Below are positions 13,801-27,034 of a stretch of 64,000 bases of DNA, one piece after another (positions within the stretch are counted from its first letter, which is position 1; each line of letters starts with the position of its first letter). The position numbers and the translations under genes are program-made. The notes beneath the pieces were generated by a model. It was given only the letters and a program-made list of their open reading frames with translations, did not search any database and was not told where the DNA came from. This DNA comes from Callorhinchus milii (Eukaryota). The stretch lies in NCBI RefSeq assembly GCF_018977255.1, contig NW_024704742.1, positions 93,250,001-93,314,000 of the forward strand, in the 5' to 3' direction.

Positions 13801-16800
13801 GATAAATTGGACTGAATGGGATTCTTTGTTCACAAAACCAGAACAGTTGTGATGGACCAAATGACACCTTTCTATGCAGTAAATTTCTATGGTTCCAAAT
13901 GTTCATTTGACTGCATTCTTTATTGCAATTTGCCCAATCTTCCCTAAAAGATTGAAGTAGAAATCTGACCCAGAAATATAACTCTGTATATACTGTTATG
14001 GACCTGAAGATGATTTCTCTCTCTGTTTGCAAAAGTGCTTTTACCCCACATCGGATCAGTTTTCTTGAAGTGGATTACATTTACGATAAAGGGACTTGAC
14101 AGAATTTGCCTTTAAGAAGTAATTGTTCACCTAGTGTTTAGAAGTTCAAACTTCTGGAAGTTTATGGTTCGTTTTGCTAGTTCCTTTGCCAAAAAGTTGA
14201 GTTGTTCAACATGATCGACTGCTCTTAGAACAATGCTGTATTTACACCGAATACCCAGATTTAGAGCTTCCTTGTATATTGTAATTGGAATAAAGAGATG
14301 ACTGGTCCATGCCTTTGTCACCTCTCGGCTGGACCTCTCTAATGCCCTCCTTGCTGGTCTCCTGTCCACTACCATCCATAAAATCTAAATCATTCAAAAC
14401 TCTGCTGCCCACATTCTCACCTGCACGAAACTCCGCTCCCCGATCACCCCAGTCCTTGCCAGACTGCACTGGCTGCCTATCCCAGAGAGGATCGATTTCA
14501 AGGTTCTTGTATTCAAGTCTCTGCACTCCTTTGCACCCCCCTACCTCTCTGACCTCCTCTCTCCTCAAAACAGTACAAGTTGCCTCTGTTCCTCCGGGAC
14601 TGGCCTCCTCCTCGTCCCCCGAGTCCTCCGCTCCACCCTCGGCGGCCGTGCCTTCAGCCACTATGGCCCGAGGCTCTGGAACTGCCTGTCTTACTCCCTT
14701 CGTCTCGCTCCCTTCCCATTTTCAGGTCTCTGCTGAAGACCTTTTTTTTCGACCGCGCTTTTGGTCACCTTCCTCCCCCTCCCCCTGGCTCGGTCCTGGG
14801 ATCTGTGACTGTAAAGCGCTCTGAGACGTCATCCAGCATGGAGGGCGCTATATAAATCCAAGTTGTTGTTGACTGTATCTTGAAATATTTTGTTTGTGGA
14901 AATTAAATACTATCTCATAACTTGGGTGTCGGTCTGAATCAGTTAGCAGCTCTCACCTCGGAGTCAGAAGCTTGTGGGTTTAATTCCCATGTCAGGCCTT
15001 GCAATTCACTTTGGAGAAGTCCAGTGGTGGATGAGTACTGAATTATCAGATGTCATCCTTCAGATGAGACGTTAAACTGAGATCCTGTCTGCCTATTCGG
15101 GTGGCAACTGTTTTCTAAAAGATGTGGGAGTATCTCCCAGTGTCCTCACCAACAATCCTCCTGATAAAATTGACAGTTTACTACATGACTGTTTGTGGGC
15201 CATTGCCGTGTGCAAATTGGCTGTTTTTTGCCCACAAAATAGTCATTTCACTCTACAGTAAATCCTGTGAAACTCTTTGAGATGATTCAACACTGTGATA
15301 AGTGCTATACCAAATCCAGTTGTTGTATGAAGGCAATTTTCCTTTCAGCGACATCACCATTCAACCCAGGTTTATTGTGCAATGAGAGTTTTAACAAACT
15401 GTCTTGAGGGTCAATGGCATTACTGTCGCTCGAGTATATGAACTGGCACATTGCACATTTTCTTTTCAATTCCAATCTTCTTTGCCTCTTGAAGGTGTCA
15501 TGCAGTTGACTGAATTGTGTCTCGCTGAATTAACTGCACTCCATAATAGAGCCAGTTTATTTTTTCTTTAGTCGACAATCTTGTTCCTTACTATAGGAGT
15601 GATGGGAGTTCTTCCTGGTAACCTGTCCACTAATTTCCCCAAATAAGATTGGTCATTCATTGCATGCCTTTATTTTGAGAGTGGGGGTGGGGGTCAGTGA
15701 TGTATGCAATTAATAGCTGTTGCTTCACCTACAAATACAACCTCTGTACTTTACAGTAAAATCCTTTGAAGTGCTTTGAGATGTTTTGATAAGATCATGG
15801 AGTGTTCTGTCGAATGCTATTATTAGTAAAACTGAATAATTCTGCATATTCTGCAGTCCTATCGTTTCGGTTTCTGGAGATTTTGTCTTTAATATATCTT
15901 TTCTCCTCTTTCAGGTTTCGGCAACTTTTGCAGCGAGTTTGGTAACCAGTCCTGCCATTGGTGCTTACCTTTCAAGTAAATATGGTGATAACCTTGTAGT
16001 GCTTGTGGCCACTATAATTGCTGCATTGGACATCTGCTTTATCTTGGTGGCCGTGCCAGAGTCTCTGCCAGACAAGATTCGTCCAGCTTCACGAGGAGCA
16101 GCTTTCCAATGGGAGCAAGCGGACCCTTTTTCTGTAAGCATCTCTGTATACCCACAATTTACCAGAATGCAAAAAAAAAGTACAATATTATTATAAATGC
16201 CCAGTTTTAGTCATCCCACTTGCATGGTGAGTCAATTTCAGGTGTCAATTTCAGATAATTAATGAAGGGAAGGTTAAGAGTTTTTTTTTTTGAGTTGTCA
16301 GGATGTGGAATTTCTTCCAGGTGGGGTTGTTATGTGAGGACCAACATTAGCTTTCAAGAGAGACCTAGGTAGATATTGTGAAGCAGTAATTATCAGGGAT
16401 GTGGGGGAAATGGGACTGAATTGATTGCTCCTTCAGTGATTATGATGGGGCGAATGACCTTCCATGATGTGAATGTCTGCTGCCTTTGTATTTTAAATCT
16501 ATGAAACATTTATGGGCTTGTGGTTAATTCCATCAAGATGCTCTGAAACCGTTTCTTACTTTACATATAAACATTGCATATTTGCAACATAAGCTGCCGA
16601 ACAGACAGTCCTGCCCATACGAGAATGCCAAGAACATGACAGAACTCTTGTGAAGAGTATCACAGAATTGGATTAAACAGTTGCATTCTTAATGAGTTGG
16701 ATTCTGTACTGTGCAATGAGTCAAGATACACAAAACCTTTGATTACAACCAACTTTGCACATAAAGGGACTTTTCATACCAGTTCTACAAAGATTGTCCA

Positions 16801-19800
16801 CGTCAGTAGAATAAATTGGGTTATTCCATTTTCCTTTGTGCATTCAGTTCCTACAACTGGTGGTTTTGTTCGGCAAAGATCTTTGAATAAAAACTGGAGG
16901 AACAATTAAGCAATTAATGTTGCCTTTCACCCTTTGTGCTATTAAGATTCAGAGGAAAGCTCTTTTCTAAAAGATAGAAATGTAAAGCAAAATATTCAGT
17001 GACTTTGTTTAAAAGGAAATTTTATGAATTTATAATTTGAAAAAAATAAAAAGTTTTTAAAAAAATTAGCTTACTTCAAACTAATTGAGGTACAGTTTAG
17101 AGAACTCAAAATGCCCAGCAGATTCTCTAGGCTGGAGACGAGTGCTAGGAAATGTGTCGAAAGCCATTGTCAAACTAAAGGAAATTTTACTTGCATTTGC
17201 AAAGCGCAGATTAGAAACTGTTTGGGGCATTTTGGGAAACGGTTTTTGATATTCTTTTGGCTCAACAGTTTATAATGAACAGACACTTGATCATCTAAAT
17301 CTAACCAAGAACAAAATGTCTGAGAAATTAATCTTTTTCTAGGATTTGCATGAGAGATGTGGAAATTAAGATTAGTGAATAGAAGTGATATGTGGAGAGG
17401 CTCATGGGGTGAAAGATGAGGAATTCCTTGGGATTTGAGCTTTAAAGGATCATTGGGTAACTGAATGAGTAAACTCACAGTGTGATATCGGACTGACCCA
17501 GACTGTTCTTTGGTCTGTGCAGAGTTGGCTGCACAAAGCTGCCATCAGGCAGGACATTAGTAGGAATACCAGTGACCTCATCTTGAAAATGGTCTGATGT
17601 GAATTGTCAAAGTAGTCTAGATCCATTAAAAATCTACTGAATCTACTACTGAAGCTACACCCTAATGGTATATTCTGTATGCAAGTGTTGCTTGATGTGC
17701 AGTCACCATCATGTACATGGTGTCCACAAAGTTCCTCTTATCCCCCTGTTACAAAACAGTGATATGAGACTATGGAGGAGCTGAAACAAGCTGTTACATC
17801 ATGTTAAAGAAGATGTCAAACTGAACAGGGTCACGGATCATTATCTGCCATAAAATTATGGCGCTCACACCGATCTCCTGGACGTCTAAATACAGTTAAA
17901 CACTTGTACTGAATACAATTAAGTACTTGTAAATACAATTGCCATCATTCATCCATAAGTTTCAGTTGTTGGTCGGTGAACTGTAAAAAAACACTTTGGG
18001 GTAGCAGGACTTTGTGGAGACCTTGGACAGTATTTGAGTTCCAGCCATGCTGTCTCAAAGCTATGCCATGTGAATTGCTTATTGGAAAGCTTTTTAATCC
18101 AATTTCTTAAAAGCCTAAGCGTAGAAAATCTGTTAATTAGCTAAAATAAGTCCCAGATGAGCTCTCAAATATATTGATGTTTACTGAATCTCATTTTTAC
18201 TTTTTCTTATTAAATTGCAGTCTTTGAAGAAGGTTGGAAAGGATACCACTGTATTGCTCATCTGTATAACGGTGTTTCTCTCGTACCTGCCCGAGGCTGG
18301 ACAGTACTCCAGCTTTTTCCTTTACCTCAGACAGGTGTGTGTCAGATTTTCCACTGCTCGTTCCCTCCTCCGTTTGTTTAGTTGCAGTCTGTTTAATCAG
18401 CCGGTTCACTGTGGGCTTTTTTGCAGCGTTTGTTTTGTAATCTTGTGAGCGTGTTTGTGGGGAAACAGTGGTTGTGTAAGGAAGGTTTTTTAAGTTTCTA
18501 AAAACTCTAATTTTCAAAAAATGGATTTTTAGAAGTCAATAAATTGTCTACATTGTGTATTATTTTTCAATTTTTGAGGAAAATTGCTAACAGGAAATGT
18601 ACCATTTGTTGTGTGCTTTTCTGTGGATATTTTGCTTATCAGTCGTTACCAAGGGAAGCCCCCAGACTGGTTCTGTTTCTCAGTCCACTGCACTTTTTAA
18701 TGGCTGTTTCCTTTCCTCAGGTTATTGATTTTTCTCCTGAAAACCTGGCAGCTTTTATCGCCGTGGTTGGGATCCTCTCTATAATAGCACAGGTGATTGT
18801 CGAATGATTGACTCGTTTTCATTTTCCCGCCTTGCAATCGGTTATTCTAAATACCACCAGAACAAAACCATGTCATGATACGTGCAGACCTCATATACCT
18901 GTGATTCATGTGGCTGATAATAATAATCCTTGCATTTGATAGTGTCTTATCACATCATTGAGACATCTCAACAACGTGATAAGACATTATATGAATGCAA
19001 GGATTTCTGTAAAATGGCTTGTTTATTCTGCAGATGTATGACAACTTTTCATTCTCATATCAGCACTGTAGGATTAAACCCATTTAGATGCAGACTTGAG
19101 TATTTCAAAGTTGCCCTTTTAATAAACTCTGGTGTCCTTGTGCCATACATTGTGAGCATCGGATTTCAAAGCTAATTGCATTAATTGCTTGCATTTTACA
19201 AGTTTCTGACAGTTGATTTTTGCCAATGACATGTTCAAAATTTAATCTGCTTCAGTTATGTAGCACATTGGATCATCTATCATTAGTTTATTTTCACAGA
19301 CTACAACTACAACCACAAAATTACATTTGTATAGCGCCTTTCACATCGGGAGGACGTCCCAAGGTGCTGGACAGTCAATGTTTTGGACCTGAGCTGGGGG
19401 TCGGGATCAGGAGGGTGGAGGGCAGGGGTGGAAGGAGGGTGATCAATGGCACGGTTGAAGAGGAGGGTCTTGAGGTGGGTCTTGAAGGAGGCAAGGGAGG
19501 GAGCAGGTGGAGGAACTGCGGGATGGCGTTCCAGTGGGTGGAGGCAAAGTAGCAGAAGGCTTGCCTGCCAATGGTGGGGTGGGCGATGCAGGGGACGTGA
19601 CGTCAAGATGCCAAGGTTACGGACTGTCTTAGTAAGGTGGAGTGTGCATACTTAGATGGTGATGCTGTCAGCGCCTGAGGTGTGGAGGCACTGACGGGAG
19701 CCAATCAGGAGAACCTTGGTTGACGTTCAACTGAAGAAAGTTACCTGTCATCCAGGTCTTGATGTCGGACAGACATTCTGTCAGGACAGCAGTGGGACTG

Positions 19801-22800
19801 GAGTCAAAGGTGGAGGCAGAGGGGTACATCCACATACATGTGGAAATTCACCCCATGTCTGCGGATGATGTCACAGAGCATATAGATGGTGGGGCGGGCG
19901 AGGTGGGGGACATGAAGAAAGCTGGAGCCCGCTGAGCGGAGGGAGCAGGCAGGTTGGTAGGGGGTTAGGAGGTCGCAGAGGTAGGGGAGAGCGAGGCTAT
20001 GGAGGACTTTGAAGATGAGGACCAAGATCTTGAACTGTATCCTCTGTGTGAAAGACTAATTGAAAGAATGGCTAATCTTCTGTTATACATATCTAGATTT
20101 GTGCAATTACTCACAGGCTAAGCTTTGTTCGTGTGGATTATGATAAGTAATTCCTCCTATAAAAAATCTTGTTAAAATTCCTATAGCACTATGACATCTG
20201 CAAGGGCTAGCCTGTGTGTTCCTTGTGTGGTTGTACACCCTATCCTAACAATCAAACAAATATAACTCAGCTCAAATGAGTGATCACAAGTAACTTACAA
20301 AAGATACTTGTAAATTGTATTGTGACAAAGCACATTTTGCAGGAACAGAATACACATGAATGGATTAAATGTGCATTTCTCATTGCCTTGGATAAACTTT
20401 CACTTCAAAAATCGAAGATCATTAACTTTGCACAGAAACTGGCTTATTCTCTGGCTCTGGGAAACCTGAATGACATACAGTTCACTCTTCCAACGGTGCT
20501 TACTAAGCCAACAGTGCTTGCAATACTAAATTGTAAACCTGACGCCATCTTCTGTGCATGAAGTCATCTCTTTTAAACCCAGATTGCTGCTTTTTTTTAA
20601 AAACTGACTTTTATACTTCCTTTGGTCCATATTAAAGGAAGTGCCAGACAGTCTTGTTGAAATTGATTTGTTTGAGGGATTTGTTTATGCAATTATTTTG
20701 TGATCACATTTGATTCGAGCAATATTGTTTCCCCACTTTTGTTCAGAATTTCTTTGCTTATTGGCAGTGGGTTTACTGAACTTTAACCATAGAACTGGAG
20801 TTCATGCCATTCAGTATATTAATCAGTTGGCCTTTTCACTGAAAGTTTCAATGTTTTTCATGCTCTGATTTACTAAGTTTGAATAATATTGGTTATTGAT
20901 ATGAGTTATAATATTAGCTACATTAGTTATCAAAATAGCATGCGATAGTGAACTTGAGTTGGTAGTAACACTTGATCTTTCTGCTGAACTGAAATGTTCG
21001 CATTCTAACCATCAAGCATTTGACAATTTAATTTCCAAGCAGATGAGCAACTTCATTTCTGAAGAAAATGGGAATACGGCCTCTAATGGATCCTTTGTTT
21101 CTGTATTTTTAGACTTTATTTCTTAGTATCCTAATGAGGTCCATAGGGAATAAGAACACCGTTCTCCTTGGTTTGGGATTTCAGATGCTGCAGCTTGCTT
21201 GGTATGGCTTTGGATCACAGCACTGGTAAGCAAACATCCTTTACTAGACACGTATTCAGTGATGGATAACTAAGATTGTGTTTATCTACACAATATGCAA
21301 AGGTGCAAACTATTTTGAATTGTTACCTGTGTTCAAGCTATTGTTCACGTGTACAACATATAGGTTGCATTGCAGAAAGGTGAAATGGTGAGGGGAGGGA
21401 AGAGATGTAGATGACTGACAGGATGTTAGCTATGCATGTTGCATTTAGTTTCTGAGACTTTCTGAACTCCTGAAAATTTGAGATGAAATGTGCTGCGTAT
21501 GGTTGTGCTCAGGGCTTCTTCATTGATTGATGCGGTTGAAACACAATAGGAATGTGATTCCCCTGCACGGTGTTTGATTGCCTTTCGTTGTCCTAGGATG
21601 ATGTGGGCAGCAGGAGCTGTGGCAGCCATGTCCAGCATTACCTTCCCTGCAGTGAGCGCTCTGGTTTCCAGAAACGCTGATTCTGATCAGCAGGGTGAGT
21701 CCTTTTGGTTAATGTTTTCATTCTCTGTCAACTGCAAGAATCTAATCTATCAAGGACTAACTTGTGATACCACATGAAATTGTCAGCTCTGCTTTCTGTA
21801 ACTTTTATTTTGAAAATCTTTTCCCGATGCACATAAATTCCACTTCTTATAAAAAGCTTACTATGATCATGAATGTTAAAAGTTTTAAATAATAATAATC
21901 CTTGCATTTGATCTAGCACCTTATCAAGTTGTTGAGACTTCTCAAAGGACTTCACAGAATATACTGTTCAAGAGAATTGACTGTATATTTTGGGACTCTA
22001 CACTGCCCCCATCTCATATGCTTCCTACCATTGAATTTGGCTCTTTGGATATGCAAAGGGTTTGAGTAGAGTACGTGCCAAGGGCATGTGGTTTATGGAA
22101 AATTTCTGCATGAGTGCCAATTGGTGCAAAATGATTTGCAGGAATAAATGACTTATTTCCTTAGTTTCCATAAAATGTCAGCCCGTGGTGTGTAAAGCAC
22201 TTGGTAATATATTTTTAAGTAATTTCATATCTAAATAAAAATCATTTTGTTTTACCTTTTCTAGAATTCTCACCCGTTGGCCACATATTCCTGACTGAGA
22301 GGGTTGGTTGGTCTGTTCCCCGACTTTCACAGTTCTAGTTCAGGCCCACATAAGGAGCACTTGTGGTAACTCCTCCACAGCTTTCATTGGAAACACTGTC
22401 CAGCAGCAGTCGCCCCATGCCTCAGAGTTTCCTCATCAGAAATTCATAAGGCTAGCAACCTTTCCTCGTAGCTCTGCCTCTAAATCCTGGAATTCTAGTA
22501 TCCCTTCTGTTTCACTACTCCAATTTTTTAAAAATTAGGAGACCAAAATTTCACACGGTGTGTCAAATGTTTGGTACAGTTTTGAAAGCTTATCCCTCGA
22601 CTTCTGTGGTTAAAAGCTAGGTACACTAATGGATTTAATGACTTTTTCACCTTGGACATTTTATTCTGCTTAATCTCATTTCTCTATTATCAGGCTCTTT
22701 GTGCCCAGATCTTCAGATCTCTCTGAATTGTATGGATCTGATTTCCATTTTATTTGTGGTCTTGGAAATGTGAGCTTTGAGGTTGCCGTCAATTCAAATG

Positions 22801-24413
22801 AACAAAGATACGTTCTAGTAAAGGAGCCTCCTGTTGTGTGCCTGTGACCACACACTGTCCTCTCACTGCAGCCTCAGTTAGTCATTATTGTCCCTCCTTT
22901 CAGGTGTCGTACAAGGAATGATTACAGGAATCCGAGGGCTCTGCAATGGGCTGGGGCCAGCTTTGTATGGCTTTATTTTCTTCTTGTTTGACGTGGAGCT
23001 GGATGAAATCACTGATAAAACAGTTGATGTGCAAAATTCCAAAGTTGAGGTAAAATACATTAATAAGCCGTTGATGTGCCTTATGCTCTTTCATAGGTGC
23101 TGTGCGTGTTCGTTCAGGTTTCCTTTGACTCCTCCACAAATGTGGATCTGGTGCACTGTGGGCTCGGACGTATAATGTGTAGTGGCTGTGGAGTGTTACA
23201 TATCCTGTCTGTGCCACTATCTTTTTNGATGAATCACAATTTCCAGCTCTTTCTCCATATCTTAATGTTTCTAACTGGGTTGAATCACACCCCTGTAGAC
23301 AGAAGAGAGTCCAATGCCTTGAGGAGGAAATTAATTGGCAGCAAAAAATAAAATGAAAACTTTCTATCTTAAATTCTATTAATGGGTGGAATGTTGTTAC
23401 TGTTTGGATATGAAGCAGCTGCCCATATTTTAAGATGGGATTCTTGGAAAACACTGATAATTACAACACTTGACTGCTAATGACTTTAATGAGCTTTCTG
23501 ACACATGATTGATAGCCAATCATTCATTCCAGATTTATTTTTTGAATATCGAGCAGGTAGGGGAAAAAGTAACTACTCTGGTCTTCCTCGCTTTCACTGA
23601 GCGACCTATGCCCCAGGCTGGGAATGTGGCTGAAATCCACCTTTAACGTGAATTGATAACATGAATTATGCACATCAGTCTCTTTTGATTTGGGTACAAA
23701 TCACATCATCTGTCTTGTGCCGCTTTGCCTTTTTAATATCGCTTCTGATACTTTCAAGGGGTATCTTCCAAAGTTTCATGTAAATCCATTGAACCTCCTT
23801 GACCATTGTGCCCTCTCTGAGCTGCTATTGGTGGTGACAATCTCACTAGTTTATTTGAAGCTTGCTGAATTAATTATGTTTTGTGAAGTCTGACTCACTG
23901 AATTGACTCTAGACTGTCTGTATTTTTTTTGCTGCTGAAATCAATACCTAGCACACAGTGAGCTACTGTAGTCCTGTATCTCTTAATAAATGTTAGGTTA
24001 ATTTTAGCTAATATTCCATTGTTTTATTTATAATTAATCAATTATTGTTGACGTTTCACAGGATATGCTGTAAAGTGGATTGACTGTATTTTGTGGGCGA
24101 ATTTAGTGAAATAACTACACATAGAAATGGGGCACAACTGTGCAGCTGCTAAAAGCCCATATACTTGATGTCTCCATACAAATTATTCTTTTGATTCCTC
24201 TAGGATTCCATCATCCCCGGACCACCTTTTTTATTTGGAGCCATTTCTGTCCTCCTGGCATTTATGGTTGCCTTATTCATCCCTGAGCACAGTATGACTG
24301 GGAAGAGCAGTAATATGAGGAAGCACAGCGGCAGCCTGAGCAACACCCCGCCCACCCCACCTGTGGGCAGTGATGAAGACCATGAGCCACTGCTGCAGGA
24401 CAGCAGCGTATGA
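10722..24413 (+). CDS. MFSD14A: MFSD14/HIAT1-family MFS transporter, partial spliced gene (exons ~4-12; 5' exons upstream of window)
   Basis: Nine GT-AG exons join in frame: GFLSFMSAPLIGALSDVWGRR...LPEAGQYSSFFLYLRQ...GIRGLCNGLGPALYGF...EPLLQDSSV*. Tail-to-tail with SASS6 as for human MFSD14A; A versus B orthology is uncertain. Confidence 0.9.
11407..11521 (+). CDS. MFSD14A: MFSD14 exon 5 (115 nt)
   Basis: ttgtag|G TGG...CTG|gtaag; WYFAVISVSGIFAVTFSVIFAYVADITQEHERSTAYGL. Confidence 0.95.
12180..12330 (+). mobile_element. L2 LINE 3' tail
   Basis: gcgccttgggacgtcctcccgacatgaaagg...(GTT)n. Confidence 0.7.
14303..14871 (+). mobile_element. L2 LINE 3' fragment
   Basis: LVHAFVTSRLD..N.LL.G, HITPVL..LHWLP-type motifs and (GTT)n tail. 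Confidence 0.85.
14925..15327 (+). mobile_element. Degenerate DeuSINE
   Basis: Similar to 4255-4710 and 9030-9472. Confidence 0.7.
15915..16133 (+). CDS. MFSD14A: MFSD14 exon 6 (219 nt)
   Basis: tttcag|GTT...TCT|gtaagc; VSATFAASLVTSPAIGAYL...WEQADPFS. Confidence 0.95.
17716..18025. mobile_element. MITE with terminal inverted repeats (Tc1/mariner-like), copy 1
   Basis: ggtgtccacaaagt...aggactttgtggagacc; internal sequence similar to 28526-28823. Confidence 0.7.
18221..18334 (+). CDS. MFSD14A: MFSD14 exon 7 (114 nt)
   Basis: ttgcag|TCT...CAG|gtgtgt; SLKKVGKDTTVLLICITVFLSYLPEAGQYSSFFLYLRQ. Confidence 0.95.
18721..18792 (+). CDS. MFSD14A: MFSD14 exon 8 (72 nt)
   Basis: cctcag|GTT...CAG|gtgatt; VIDFSPENLAAFIAVVGILSIIAQ. 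Confidence 0.93.
19300..20046 (-). mobile_element. Rearranged L2 LINE fragments
   Basis: 3' tail, RT segment ([15 protein letters not shown]) and ILVLIFKVLHSLA segment occur out of order. Confidence 0.8.
21113..21225 (+). CDS. MFSD14A: MFSD14 exon 9 (113 nt)
   Basis: ttttag|ACT...TG|gtaag; TLFLSILMRSIGNKNTVLLGLGFQMLQLAWYGFGSQH(W). Confidence 0.95.
21597..21694 (+). CDS. MFSD14A: MFSD14 exon 10 (98 nt)
   Basis: tcctag|G ATG...CAG G|gtgagt; MMWAAGAVAAMSSITFPAVSALVSRNADSDQQ(G). Confidence 0.95.
22904..23049 (+). CDS. MFSD14A: MFSD14 exon 11 (146 nt)
   Basis: tttcag|GT GTC...GAG|gtaaaa; VVQGMITGIRGLCNGLGPALYGFIFFLFDVELDE...KVE. Confidence 0.93.
24204..24413 (+). CDS. MFSD14A: MFSD14 last coding exon (210 nt to TGA)
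   Basis: ctctag|GAT...GTA TGA; DSIIPGPPFLFGAISVLLAFMVALFIPE...GSDEDHEPLLQDSSV*; DHEPLL fits the [DE]xxxL[LI] sorting motif. Confidence 0.95.
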   Translation, partial: DSIIPGPPFLFGAISVLLAFMVALFIPEHSMTGKSSNMRKHSGSLSNTPPTPPVGSDEDHEPLLQDSSV

Positions 24414-26900
24414 GGACACGAGCTCCAACAACAGGCAAAGAAACAGCAGATCTGAATGAAGAACCAAGACGTGTTGATCACCACGGAATCTAATGGTTAC
24501 CCAAAGGCCTATAAATATATCTCTGCCCACTCAAAAGAAACACACTTGTGAAGGAGGACCTTGGGATCCATTGTAGCAATGTGCCAATTGACTTTGGTTA
24601 CTTTTTTTAAAAAATACAAGCTACTTGAACGTGTGTAACCAGCACTGCCAGTTCTTCAAAGTACTGTCCAAAGTGCAGGAAGTTCCAGGTGATGCTGCAA
24701 TCGGCACTTAGTTTGGAGAAGACTCGTTGCAGAGCCACATCTCAGGGTTGTTAACTCATCAATCGGTGGAGAGGGTAAAGTTTTTGAAGGTCGATCTAAT
24801 CGATTTTCTTTCCATCCTCCAATAAACCCTTTCCTGATTAGATTAATTTGGGTGCTGTTGTTCTCTTCCGTTCTCTCCCCCACCCCTTACAAAAAAGTAG
24901 CATCCGTTAAATTCACTCAGCCTTCTTACAAATATCCACAAACATTTTGGAAGGGGAACAAAACAACTTAAAGTACAGTGGTATGGTAATGATCCGTGGG
25001 ACGGTATCCCAGACTGTTTAAAAGATGAAAAGGCCAAATTTCATTTGGAATATTTGTTAAAAAGTCTGTTTTGTTTTTAAGCGTGTCTAATACATATCTG
25101 ACAATATCTTTTCTCCATTTTGTAAGAAGGCTGTGGTTGAGGTATCTGCTTAAAACATCTTTTTTTTCTCTGATTTACCTTTCAGGTACAGGTAAACCTA
25201 ACCTGTGAAAGTAACAGTAGTTTTTGTGTCTAAGGATTATGGGTTACCTAGTATTTTTTGACGTGAGTTTTTATATTCGAATTGGCTTCTGCTGGACTTT
25301 AACAAAACCTTTAAATGAATCAAACTGAAGTGCAGAAGTTTTCCATTAAAGTCAAAAGGGTGTCAGTGAATGGTTTTAGTTTGGTATAATTAGTATAACC
25401 ACTTCCTTGTTCTTTCCTTGCATTTGGATTTAGCAGCTAACAGTAGCACAACCTCAAACACTTTAATCTGCTACCTCAGCTCCAGCCTATAGACAAGCAA
25501 CGCTGCAGGCCTGCTGTCCTTTCACATCATTAATTATCCATTCTGCTTTGCTGAAGTGTGCATCAGAGTTAGCCTGAGATGTTCATTGGGACCAAATCCA
25601 ACTTCGGGACACTTTTTTTGCATGTGTGAGTGTGTGTGAAATTTCTTCATGCATGTACACCCAACCCCAACCTCTCCTGGTGTTTATCAGCAGTAATGTT
25701 CTGTTTGTGGAAGAAGCACATTCCAGTTGTGCATTGTTACCTGAATATGCCTGGGTGGTTGAACTCAATGTAACCATTTTCATTCAATTTTGTAATCGCA
25801 TATAGAAACTTTAATTTGCTTAATGTACGATTCATGGAGATTTCTAGTTGTTGCACTCTTCACTTTGAGAGAGTTGTAGTTTTTTTTGTCCTGAAGATGA
25901 ATTGGCCTGAAGTGTTTTAAAATGGCCTGATATAACTTGCAGAAAGCTAGTTTTCCTATCCAAAACGGAATGTTTTTCAAAAGAAGCTATTGTGAGAAAG
26001 TGGTGTACCCTCACCAAACCTTGTATTTTTACGTTATCTGCAATGATCTCTGCCGTCAATACTAAGTCAAATGCACTGAACAAGGTGACTCTTGAGGGTC
26101 CATTTTTGCCTTAAAGATAAGGTGATTTACTTTTTTTTAATTCTGTAACTTCATAATGTCATGGTATGAAGATATTGGCAATAAGTTGTTGGGAAATGAA
26201 CAGATCTTTTTCATGGATTGTATTGAAGTAAAGGCTGGATGAAACTGCCCATCTAATCAATACTTAAAGTCGATCTCATCCAAATTAAATTTAATATCAA
26301 CTTGCATTTCAACACTGGTCCTTTTGCAAAGCAGAACATTTTATCTGACTCCTTTCTCCTCTTTCCCCCACCCCCCTCCATCACACAGACTTCCCTCTCT
26401 CACTTATTCACACACAATTTAGTGTTCCCATCTCAAACAAATTGTTTTGGCCATGTGTTCTGAAAAAGTTCTTGTTTTGTCACGGTGACTTTTCAGATGT
26501 GCTATGAATTAAACTGATTTTTTTTCATTGACCTAAAGTTTAAAATTTCTAATTCAAGTTAATGAAGTTGTTCCGCAAATGTGGCCCGTCTGATGTTGGA
26601 TTATTTTCTGGAGTTTGGTAATGATCTGTATTCACACCAATTCGTGCTCAAGTGCAATGTGTTTGTTGTGAAGAGTATTCATAGAAATTATTTTGAATTT
26701 TAAGAAAAGGTATATTATAAAATATATTTTTCTGAAATAGCAATTCACAAACTCGAAAGGACTTGGCACCGAGGCACTGGTGTTTGTCCTGTTTTACAGT
26801 TACATTACCACTTTCTTCAAATGTGCCTCATCTGGAAGTGTATAAAATGTACAGATAAACAAACTTCATAGTAATTTATTAAAATAACTATATCCAGCAA
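24414..26900 (+). other. Probable 3'UTR of the MFSD14 gene
   Basis: AT-rich 2.5 kb with no recognisable repeats, ending in TGTA motifs (~26839-26853), ATTAAA (26878-26883) and a GT-rich tract. Confidence 0.55.
26878..26883 (+). terminator. Candidate polyadenylation signal (ATTAAA)
   Basis: ATTAAA with upstream TGTA elements and downstream gttgtggtagttttt. Confidence 0.5.
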
Positions 26901-27034
26901 ACTGATCGTTGTGGTAGTTTTTCTATCCAACAGTGTCTTGTCTAAAGTGACAATTCAATATTTTAAAACATTTTTCAGCGTTGCTAAGTAGTATACAACA
27001 CATCAAATCTTCATGCAGGGTGTGTAGGGTACAT

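Noticed and set aside
24411..24455. Stop-codon readthrough giving the extension GHELQQQAKKQQI
   Set aside because: The context is TGA-GGA, not the TGA-CTAG readthrough motif, and there is no other support.
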